35,061 nt of DNA from an uncultured bacterium (GTDB lineage Bacteria; Deinococcota; Deinococci; Deinococcales; Trueperaceae). Of this stretch, positions 26,677-34,616 are shown in pieces (within the stretch, counting starts at the first letter, position 1; each line of letters begins with the position of its first letter). A model generated the notes under the pieces. The model saw nothing but the letters and a program-made list of their open reading frames with translations. It made no database searches and was not told the origin of the DNA. Both the position numbers and the translations under genes were made by a program. The stretch covers positions 1 through 35,061 of the forward strand of contig CAZMCW010000004.1 of NCBI GenBank assembly GCA_964564405.1. Direction: 5' to 3'.

Positions 26677-27633
26677 CTACAAGTTTGCCTCGCTGAGGAA
26701 CCTCGAGAGACGCAGGCTGCGGGTAGCTTGTCCGGCACTGTTACTTTGAGCGTTATTACTTTGCGTACCCACAGGCTCGAGTATGACCTCAACTTGCTCC
26801 AGTGAGCGCGGCGTTGGTGTGCGGATTTGGTAGCTACCTGAACGCTGTGCTGCATCACCTTGCCCTAAATCTTCTTGCAGTGCCAAAAAGATGTGTGAAC
26901 TGCGGGTGGATATGCCGATGTTGGGAAAGCGTCCGTCAGCAAAACTGTAAACACCTGTGACCTGCCCGGTTGCCAAATCACCCTCGCTAAACAATGCCAC
27001 ATTGACCTGTCCGTTGAGGTAGTCGTCGTAAAGCTCGAGCACCGCACCTAAACTAGTGGCACCGTTGCAGCCAGGGTCGTTGACATCTAACTTGAGCGCG
27101 TACCCAAACGACAGTTGGACGCTTGCATCTGTATTAAAACGCTGGCTGCAGGCACTATTGTCATCGTTATCGAGAATGTCAAACGTAGCGCTGGCCCGCC
27201 ACGCAGGAAAGTCCATCTGTACATAACGCGCGCTCATCAGCTCATCCGCTTCAATACTAAAGCTGATTTGACCCGCTTGCACGCTGGTACGCGCAACAAC
27301 CTCAGGCGTACGAACCAGCCCACTCACCTGCGGGTTACCATCAAAAAAGGTGAGCTGAACCTCGCCGGAGAATCCTTCGCTGGAGAGTCTTGGTGATGTT
27401 ACCTCAGACGCTGTACTAGCTGTTGTGCCAGATGCTGTGTCAGATGCCGTATCAGTGGATGGCGCACAAGCAGCAAGGGTAGAAGCGATCAACACAATGC
27501 TAATGAACTGCAACTTGTCCCATAACTTTGAATCAAGCAGTTTTGAGTCAAGCAACTTTGAGTCAGGCAACTTTGAGTCAAGCAACTTTGAGTGATGGAG
27601 CGTATGCTGCAAATATTTGCGAATAATGGTCAT
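26677..27633 (-). CDS. Hypothetical lipoprotein with a repetitive (SKLLD)n pre-signal N-terminus
   Basis: 318 aa with a lipobox (STLAAC) after a hydrophobic stretch. The start is ambiguous: ATG at 27633 has no SD, and several in-frame TTG codons lie inside the repeat. Confidence 0.65.
   Translation of the reverse strand: MTIIRKYLQHTLHHSKLLDSKLPDSKLLDSKLLDSKLWDKLQFISIVLIASTLAACAPSTDTASDTASGTTASTASEVTSPRLSSEGFSGEVQLTFFDGNPQVSGLVRTPEVVARTSVQAGQISFSIEADELMSARYVQMDFPAWRASATFDILDNDDNSACSQRFNTDASVQLSFGYALKLDVNDPGCNGATSLGAVLELYDDYLNGQVNVALFSEGDLATGQVTGVYSFADGRFPNIGISTRSSHIFLALQEDLGQGDAAQRSGSYQIRTPTPRSLEQVEVILEPVGTQSNNAQSNSAGQATRSLRLSRFLSEANL
27524..27598. repeat. 15-bp tandem repeat (~4.7 units) carrying a near-palindromic TTGAsTCAA core
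   Basis: aactttgaatcaagc / agttttgagtcaagc / aactttgagtcaggc / aactttgagtcaagc / aactttgagtgatgg. Confidence 0.9.
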
Positions 27634-27642
27634 GGCGCAAGT

Positions 27643-29169
27643 TTAGCCGATGTTACGACCTTGGAGGGCGTTGAGGGCTTCAGCAGCTTCATCCCACGTT
27701 AAGGTTTCATTGGCGCGCTCGAGGCTTGTTTCATGACCTTTGCCGGCCAGTAACACCAAATCGCCAGGTTGAGCATAGTTAATGGCGTGATGGATAGCCT
27801 CACGGCGGTCTTCAATCCTTGTAAAGTCTTTGCCCTCATCACCATATTGATTGGCACTCTGAACAATTTGGCTGAGGATGTCTGCAGTGCGTTCTGACCG
27901 TGAGTCTTCCTCAGTAAACACCGCATAGTCAGCGTGCTGAACAGCCACTTGACCAATACCTGCGCGTTTGCCGGGGTCACGTTCACCGGCTGCACCAATC
28001 ACCACGATGAGCTTGCCCGTCACTTGTAATCGCAATGCGTGCAGGGCTTTCTCGAGGCTGTCTGGCGTGTGCGCAAAGTCCACAATGACGCTAAACGGCT
28101 CACTAGCAATCCGCTGCATACGCCCTGCCACGCCACTAAAGGTTGTGATGCGTTCTAAAAGGACATCTAGTGGAACGCCCGTGTGATGTGCCGCCGCCAG
28201 TGCCGCCAGCGCGTTTTCGACGTTGTAACGTCCCACCATCGGTAGAAAGACTTCAGTTGCAACCTCGAGTTGAGGCACTCGTAACATCCACGTAATGCCG
28301 CTGGCATCTTCGCGAATAACCTCGGCTTGCCAGTCGGCGTTAATGGGTGCATCCGCTTTTTGTAGGGCGTAGCTGATGACCTCACCTGAGGCATGGTGAG
28401 CAGCGTCTAGAAACCAACTTGCGTTGTCGTCTGCTAAGTTGATGATGCTGACTTTGGCGCGCTGTACCAGCTCGAGCTTTGCTTCCCTATACGCCTCAAA
28501 TGTCTTATGAAAGTCAAGGTGTTCAGGCGTCAAATTGGTCCAAACGGCGAGGTCGTAGTCAACTTCCGCTAAGCGTTTCATGGCGAGGCCATGCGAACTT
28601 GACTCGAGCACCACATGGCTCGAGCCGGCATCGCGAAATTTGGCCAGCAACATTTGCACTTCGCTGGCTTCGGGCGTGGTGAAGTGTCCCTCGAGCTGCA
28701 TTGGTTTAGCGAGCACACGAATACCTGCGGTCGACAGTAAGCTCGTCGGATAGACTCCATTCAGCAAGTGGTACAGCATAAACGACGTTGTGGTCTTGCC
28801 ATCTGTTCCCGTGATGCCGGTTACATGCATAGCTTTGGACGGGTGTTCGTAAACTTGCGCCGCGAGTTGAGCTAGGGCGAGTTTATCGTCTGGTACGTAA
28901 ATATAAGGAACCTGCTGGGTCCAGCTAAAGTTGGCTTGCTCAGCCTCAGATGCACTGCCGACAATAGCAACAGCGCCTTGGGCAAGGGCTTTGTCTACAA
29001 AACGGTGGCCGTCGTGTTTGTCTCCGCGCCGGGCGATGAACACGCTGCCGGGGCGAACCCGCCTCGAGTCCTGCACAACATCATGCACAACCCCTAATAA
29101 AGCATCTTTCGATGCTGTCACAGGCAGGGTTAATCCCGCACCAACGAGCAGTTCAGCTAAGGTCATCAT
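27643..29169 (-). CDS. murE: UDP-N-acetylmuramoyl-L-alanyl-D-glutamate--diamino-acid ligase MurE
   Basis: 508 aa with GITGTDGKTTT (P-loop) and a Mur ligase middle and C-terminal pattern. The amino-acid specificity is not assignable. Confidence 0.9.
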   Translation of the reverse strand: MMTLAELLVGAGLTLPVTASKDALLGVVHDVVQDSRRVRPGSVFIARRGDKHDGHRFVDKALAQGAVAIVGSASEAEQANFSWTQQVPYIYVPDDKLALAQLAAQVYEHPSKAMHVTGITGTDGKTTTSFMLYHLLNGVYPTSLLSTAGIRVLAKPMQLEGHFTTPEASEVQMLLAKFRDAGSSHVVLESSSHGLAMKRLAEVDYDLAVWTNLTPEHLDFHKTFEAYREAKLELVQRAKVSIINLADDNASWFLDAAHHASGEVISYALQKADAPINADWQAEVIREDASGITWMLRVPQLEVATEVFLPMVGRYNVENALAALAAAHHTGVPLDVLLERITTFSGVAGRMQRIASEPFSVIVDFAHTPDSLEKALHALRLQVTGKLIVVIGAAGERDPGKRAGIGQVAVQHADYAVFTEEDSRSERTADILSQIVQSANQYGDEGKDFTRIEDRREAIHHAINYAQPGDLVLLAGKGHETSLERANETLTWDEAAEALNALQGRNIG

Positions 29170-29205
29170 GAGGTGAGGCTATGACCTAATCCAGCAGTAG
29201 TGCCA

Positions 29206-30264
29206 CTAAGATTTTTGACCATCTGACCACCCTTTAAGGCGACGCTTTGACCAACGTTGTGAGTTTCTCTGCTGTTGTTGTTGGCGCGTTTGCCAATCAT
29301 CGTCACGGTAGGAATGCCAGATGGTGCCTTCAGAGGTTGCTGGCTTGGTTGATTCAGAAGTTGGTAAAGACGTGTCAAGGCTGGTTTGTTGTGATGATGT
29401 GCTGTCGTCTCTAAACGCATTAGTATTGTCAGAGAGTGCAGTGGAAGCATCCTCTAAGACGTTATCTAAAGAAAAGCTGGTAGGAATAGATTGTGATGCT
29501 CGAGCTTGGCGAGACCTACTGGCATCCGTACGGTCTGGCTGGTCAGCATCGAGCAAGCTTGCTGGAGGATGTTTGTGAAGCGGTGGCGCGTCATCTACAT
29601 CGTCTACGGGTTGGACAGCTAACGCTGTAGTGGGAGGTCCTGAGCGCAACATAGGCGTGGTTAAACCGTGTTGCTCGAGCAAGCTCAAAACGGTATTTAA
29701 ATCGACGCAGTCGTTCATAAAATCAAGTTTATCCACGTTGATGGTGAGTACTTTAGAGTGGCTGTAGCGGCGAATCCAGTCTTCGTACAAGGCGTTGAGT
29801 TTAAGCAGATAATCGTTGTGAATGCCCGCTTCATAGTCGCGTCCACGTTGGTGAATGCGCGCGCGCAAAGTAGGCAAACTAGCTTGTAAATAAATCAGTA
29901 AATCTGGTGTCCGAAGCTCACGACGAATAGCCCGGTACATGCGCCAGTAGGTGCTAAAATCACGCCGCGACATAATGCCTTCGTTGTAGAGGTGGCGCGC
30001 AAAAATCTCAGCGTCTTCGTAAATGCTGCGGTCTTGCACTATGTTGTTGTTGCCTGCAATGTGCGCTTGGTACTGCTCCAAACGTCGGGTTAAAAACACC
30101 ATCTGCGAGTGAAACGCGTAGCGAGGCATATCGTTGTAAAAGTCCTCTAAGTAGGGGTGGTCGTCTACTGTCTCGAGCATAGGTTGCAGGGCGCAGCGGG
30201 CGGCCAGCACCTTGGTGAGGCTCGACTTGCCTACGCCGATATTGCCCGCAATTACGACGTACAC
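29206..30264 (-). CDS. Deoxynucleoside kinase with a ~140-aa low-complexity C-terminal extension
   Basis: GTG start with GGAG 5 nt upstream. It has a P-loop (GNIGVGKSS), a DRS motif (VQDRSIYED), and an Arg-rich lid (RIHQRGRDYE). The kinase-like region ends near residue 210. Confidence 0.85.
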   Translation of the reverse strand: MYVVIAGNIGVGKSSLTKVLAARCALQPMLETVDDHPYLEDFYNDMPRYAFHSQMVFLTRRLEQYQAHIAGNNNIVQDRSIYEDAEIFARHLYNEGIMSRRDFSTYWRMYRAIRRELRTPDLLIYLQASLPTLRARIHQRGRDYEAGIHNDYLLKLNALYEDWIRRYSHSKVLTINVDKLDFMNDCVDLNTVLSLLEQHGLTTPMLRSGPPTTALAVQPVDDVDDAPPLHKHPPASLLDADQPDRTDASRSRQARASQSIPTSFSLDNVLEDASTALSDNTNAFRDDSTSSQQTSLDTSLPTSESTKPATSEGTIWHSYRDDDWQTRQQQQQRNSQRWSKRRLKGWSDGQKS

Positions 30265-30749
30265 GCAAACTCCATAGTGAGTGTTGATGCTGTCACAAGT
30301 TCAAGCTGAGATGTTAGGTCACGCAACATAATAGCCAAACATTGATTAAAGAACGGGGATAGAGGGTGTTGACGAGACTCGAGCTGTTGCAGTTCAAACT
30401 GATACATCCTTAGTAAATACATTTTTAGTAGGGGGTAATGTATAAACCGACAATATAGATGTTGACACCATAGCTGATGTGTTAGACAATCACGTTTAAG
30501 CTGACGAGACACATCTATTCGCTGGAATACGCTGGCATTGCCCCATAAATTATGGGGGTGCAGCTTGTTGAGCTTTGTCCAAGCATCATAAAAACTGAAA
30601 GAAATATCATGACAAACATGACAAAAAAGCCTTAAACAGTAAGACTGCCAAGGCATTAACCAAGCCGCGCTGCGGTGAGGTTTAAGACAAAATTCATTAA
30701 GCTGTCGCACGTCTCTCACCATGAACACATGATGATTATAGGCTTTCAA
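30252..30749 (-). CDS. Doubtful ORF: Cys/His/Trp-rich hypothetical protein
   Basis: 165-aa ORF in a lower-GC stretch with atypical composition. It has no recognisable SD or domain and overlaps the dNK start by 13 nt. Confidence 0.2.
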   Translation of the reverse strand: MKAYNHHVFMVRDVRQLNEFCLKPHRSAAWLMPWQSYCLRLFCHVCHDISFSFYDAWTKLNKLHPHNLWGNASVFQRIDVSRQLKRDCLTHQLWCQHLYCRFIHYPLLKMYLLRMYQFELQQLESRQHPLSPFFNQCLAIMLRDLTSQLELVTASTLTMEFACTS

Positions 30750-30931
30750 GGCAGACTTGAGTTGTGTGATTTTCTGCCGATGGTGACGTGTTTTTTCTAA
30801 CAGTTACCGCAAATCTGAGAGGGTAGCGCACAGTGTCATTATGAGTTGGGGCGCAACGTGAATGTCTTCATAACATGGGGGTGTAGTGCGATGTTAGGTC
30901 GCTGGTTTGGTGTGAATTTTAGTTGCGGATA

Positions 30932-31315
30932 TTAACCACTTAATACTGCAATCGCCTCAATTTCAATAAGTACATCTTTGGGAAGGCGGGCGACCTCAAC
31001 GGCACTGCGGGCAGGTGGGTTCTCACCCGCAAACTCGCTGTAGACACTATTCATAGCAGCAAAGTTGTTCATGTCTGACAAAAAGCAGGTGCATTTGACA
31101 ACATCATCAAAACTAGCGCCTGCAGCAGTTAATACGGCTTGCAAATTAGTTAGTACTTGGCGCGTTTGGGCGGTAATGTCACCCTCGAGCAAATTACCAT
31201 CTGGTAACAAGGGAATTTGCCCCGAGGTAAATAGCATGTTGCCAACTTGGACAGCTTGTGAATAAGGACCAATAGCAGCAGGGGCTTGCTCGGTGTGAAT
31301 AATTGCTTTTGCCAT
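30932..31315 (-). CDS. ridA: RidA/YjgF/TdcF family reactive-intermediate deaminase
   Basis: 127 aa. AIGPYSQAV...LFTSGQIP...[22 protein letters not shown] is the canonical family pattern. Confidence 0.92.
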   Translation of the reverse strand: MAKAIIHTEQAPAAIGPYSQAVQVGNMLFTSGQIPLLPDGNLLEGDITAQTRQVLTNLQAVLTAAGASFDDVVKCTCFLSDMNNFAAMNSVYSEFAGENPPARSAVEVARLPKDVLIEIEAIAVLSG

Positions 31316-31423
31316 GAGGTAAGTACTCCTTTGTTTGAAATTAGCATTTGTTTGAAACTAGCATTTTTATGTGATGCTGACACAGACAGGATTAATAAAA
31401 GTGTGTCTGGTAATTTCGACTGG

Positions 31424-31523
31424 TAGCGTTTCCAGGAGTAACTGCCACAGGCAGTTACTCGTGCGACCTAGGGGAGTAGACATCGACCCACTCAGTGTGG
31501 GGGAACCAATCCTGGAACTACTA
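31424..31523 (+). repeat. Copy 5 of the dispersed repeat family (perfect 11-bp inner helix in hairpin A)
   Basis: TAGCGTTTCCAGGAGTAACTGCCACAGGCAGTTACTCGTGCGACCTAGGGGAGTAGACATCGACCCACTCAGTGTGGGGGAACCAATCCTGGAACTACTA. Confidence 0.93.
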
Positions 31524-31793
31524 TGAATTTGCGGTGTGACAACATATCGCGGAACTTCTAAAAGTACGTATTTCAAACATGTATTTTGCAAGATAATTTG
31601 TGCGGTTAAAACTGACAGTCTCAAGTCACTTCAGTCGCCAAGTCAGGAAATGTACTAATACCAAATTGACTCTTGAATGTCATCGTCTAAATCATCTAAG
31701 GGTACGCTCGAGCTGCGCTGTACTTCGTAAACACGAGCGATTTTGATGCCGCAAAGCGACATCAAAACATCACTTAAGTATAAGTACACAAAC

Positions 31794-32786
31794 TTAGCGG
31801 AAGAGCAACCACAAAAGCAGCACGACGAGAAGCGCACCGCCACCAATGAGCCAATTACGATAGCCATGCCAAAGCTGTAAAGCAACTTGTTTACTGCGTT
31901 GTTGTTGTGGGTAAGCAGCCTCAATTTGGCGAATACCGCTTAAAGTGTCTTTAATTTTGACAGTTGTAAATTCATAGTGATTCTGGGTGATGTAGGCTTT
32001 TACCTGCGGCTCAATCGCATCAACTGACACAATGACCGCAGTGACATTGTCAGGACTACCTTGCTCATTCGCCCGGTCAATAAGTTCTTCAACCGCTTGC
32101 TCCGGTGAGTACTGGCTGACAATCTGGGCTAGCGCGCTATCTTCAATAAGACTGGTGATGCCGTCACTACAAAGCAAAATGCGGTCTTGCGGCATAACCT
32201 CAAAACTCATCATGTCCAGCTTGATTTCCGGGTTGGCTCCCAGGGCGTTGGTAATGACGTTACGCCAGCGGTGATTGCGCGCTTCATCTTCGGTAAGAAT
32301 GCCCAAGCGTACACGTTCAGCAACCCAACTGTGGTCTTGCGTGAGTTGGCGAATAGTGCCTTCGCGAATTAAGTACGCCCTCGAGTCACCAATATGGGCA
32401 ACTAAGCCTACTTGGTCGTCGATAAACACCGAGCTTAGGGTTGTCCCCATACCTTTGTGTTCAGGGTTATCTAACGCGTAATTAAAAATTTCTAGGTTGG
32501 CGGCTTGTACGGCTTTGGCAATTGCGGTTGGGGGCACTTCAGTGCTGTGCTCGAGCGTCTTACTCATTACTGTGACAGCTTTTTGACTGGCGATTTCGCC
32601 AGCTTTATGCCCGCCCATGCCGTCTGCCACAACCGCCAAAAACCCTTTATCCGCAATATAGTCTGCCCAAAAACTATCTTGATTCACCGCTCGTACCTGA
32701 CCTACTTCGCTCAGGCCAGCGTGCTTGACACGTGTTTTGGGACTGTCTTGTTTTGATTTTGTGGCATTGGGTAAGGTCATGGACAT
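31794..32786 (-). CDS. PP2C-family Ser/Thr protein phosphatase with a C-terminal TM anchor
   Basis: 330 aa with VADGMGGHKAGEIAS, CSDGIT and GSPDNVTAVIV motifs, and a C-terminal hydrophobic helix. Confidence 0.9.
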   Translation of the reverse strand: MSMTLPNATKSKQDSPKTRVKHAGLSEVGQVRAVNQDSFWADYIADKGFLAVVADGMGGHKAGEIASQKAVTVMSKTLEHSTEVPPTAIAKAVQAANLEIFNYALDNPEHKGMGTTLSSVFIDDQVGLVAHIGDSRAYLIREGTIRQLTQDHSWVAERVRLGILTEDEARNHRWRNVITNALGANPEIKLDMMSFEVMPQDRILLCSDGITSLIEDSALAQIVSQYSPEQAVEELIDRANEQGSPDNVTAVIVSVDAIEPQVKAYITQNHYEFTTVKIKDTLSGIRQIEAAYPQQQRSKQVALQLWHGYRNWLIGGGALLVVLLLWLLFR

Positions 32787-33478
32787 AGAGTTTTTAGGGT
32801 GTTGGAGTCCTAGCTCCGCAAAAAGGTGAGGCTTGTTTTCTACAACTCTTAGTGTAACCCAAATGCACGTTAAAAAGGTTAGTTATCTTGTCTTGTAGCG
32901 CAACCGTAGTCACATATGCTTTACCTAGTTCAAATTGCCTCATGCATCACCAATGCTATTCCATTAACTTTTTAGTTTATTTATCTTCTATAAAATAATC
33001 CACTGAAGCATTCAGTAAGCCACGAATTTACGATCGGGCGAGACTTCATTTAAGCACAACTTTACACTGAATCAAACATAAAAACCAATCTTGCAAGCTT
33101 ATGCTTAGCGTAACGCACTGGCACATTGTAGTTGATGCCAACCTAATTGACGAGGTTACCTTCATACTTTTTGACGTCATTAGAATTGGTGAGTATGTTG
33201 ATAAACAGCTCCGTATGCTTAGGTATAGGCAGTTATCAAGATTGCAGATTATATCGTCATGGACTTATTTAAGGACAAAACTTTTGCAGTGGCCAAACTT
33301 GGGTTGGAGCGTCTAAACTCTACCAGTCAACTCTGTTGCAACGGTCCAAAAGAGATGCTGTTAACGACACTTTTAAGATATTAAGACATATGGTCATCAA
33401 ATATCATTAGCACAAAACTCAGCAACTTGCGTTTCAGGTTAACAGACACCTTGTTAACGTGGTTTTTGAGGGTTTAAG

Positions 33479-33578
33479 TAGCGTTTCCAAGATTGGTTCC
33501 CCCACACTAAGTGGGTCGATGTCTACTCCCCTAGGTCGCACGCGCAACTACCTGTAGCAGTTACTCGTGGAAACGCTA
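33479..33578 (-). repeat. Copy 6 of the dispersed repeat family (perfect 11-bp terminal inverted repeat)
   Basis: The reverse complement is TAGCGTTTCCACGAGTAACTGCTACAGGTAGTTGCGCGTGCGACCTAGGGGAGTAGACATCGACCCACTTAGTGTGGGGGAACCAATCTTGGAAACGCTA. Confidence 0.93.
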
Positions 33579-33881
33579 AAGGTATCAAATAAGATGTTCT
33601 GCGTGACAAGTTCAACAAATGTTAAAAATAACACCACAGACAAAGAAACCCATAAGCAGTCGACAAAGTCTAGTATTTTCATCCTAGACAAAACAAGTGA
33701 AATTGTTTATACCTTATTCACAAACAATTTATGTGCTGCCAAATTATCTAAAACATATATCCGCTAGACAGTCAGATGGTGTATACAGTTTGCATGGCAC
33801 GTCTTCGCAATCTTTAAAGATTGTTAGCCAGTATGCTATCTGCTTGACTGAGCACTGACATAAAATGCGTACACTTAAGGA

Positions 33882-34544
33882 ATGTTAGGATCACAAGCTG
33901 AAACGGTTTTAGAAAGTAATCTTCAAGAAATTGCCGCATCAATTGTGCGCATGTTGAGTTTAACGCGCGAGTCTACCGAGTTTGCTAAGCGTGCGCTCAT
34001 CTATAGTGAGGCTGATGCTGCTGAGCGCTGTATAAGTAATGACAAACAGATTGACGCAGCTCAGCTCGAGATTGAGCAAACCATTCTCACGGTCATTGCA
34101 AGATATCAACCCAATACAACCAACTTGCGGTTTTTGGGAGCTATGCACCGGGCATTAAGCGATATTGAACGCGCAGGTGACTACGCCGAGCACGTAGCTC
34201 GAGCAGGTGTAGACTTAGCAAGCCACCCTCAACTCAAAAAATACACCGATCTGTCGCGCATTTTGGACGTGCTCGTTCACATGCTCGACAAAACCAGCAA
34301 AGCTGTTGCCGAGGCTGATTTGCAAGTCGCCAAAGAAGCTAGTGCCATGGACGATGAAATTGATGAGCTTTACCAACAAATTCAACGCGAACTGCTCACG
34401 TACATGATGGAAGACCCTAAAACCATCAGCACAGCTATTAAGCTTTTGAATGTAACACGTTACCTCGAGCGCCTAGGCGACCATCTCGAAAACATCAACG
34501 AGCACATCATATTTTGGCTTACTAGCGAACGCGTGCAGTCTTAA
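33882..34544 (+). CDS. phoU: Phosphate-signalling regulator PhoU
   Basis: 220 aa with two PhoU repeats, each with E(D)xxxD-type motifs (IERAGDYAEHVA and LERLGDHLENINEHI). Confidence 0.88.
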   Translation: MLGSQAETVLESNLQEIAASIVRMLSLTRESTEFAKRALIYSEADAAERCISNDKQIDAAQLEIEQTILTVIARYQPNTTNLRFLGAMHRALSDIERAGDYAEHVARAGVDLASHPQLKKYTDLSRILDVLVHMLDKTSKAVAEADLQVAKEASAMDDEIDELYQQIQRELLTYMMEDPKTISTAIKLLNVTRYLERLGDHLENINEHIIFWLTSERVQS

Positions 34545-34616
34545 GGTCGTTTGCATAATCCCCCTTGCCAAATGTGACACGTTTTAGCTTGCCGACTAAA
34601 TGGTAGCCTAATAAGC

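Noticed and set aside
26421-26858. A 145-aa minus-strand ORF bridging the rraA and lipoprotein genes.
   Set aside because: It overlaps two well-supported CDSs out of frame and is a shadow ORF.
27643-29169. Inferring the peptidoglycan diamino acid (ornithine or lysine versus meso-DAP) from MurE, because EDSR replaces the DNPR motif.
   Set aside because: The Arg of the motif is retained, and I cannot reliably recall specificity rules for this variant. It is not decidable from sequence alone.
31655-31924. An 89-aa minus-strand ORF overlapping the 3' end of the PP2C gene and extending downstream.
   Set aside because: It is out of frame with, and mostly inside, the PP2C CDS. It is Cys-rich with no start context. 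Only the last ~35 codons are outside the PP2C gene.
33479-33578. Strand-specific RNA structure inferred from G:U-compatible substitutions in the repeat hairpins. Copy 6 has two changes in hairpin A that are both wobble pairs on the consensus strand.
   Set aside because: I tallied all stem transitions across the copies. About five are G:U-compatible on the consensus strand and about five are A:C mismatches, which would be wobbles on the other strand. That is the neutral expectation, so no strand or RNA-level inference is justified from these six copies.
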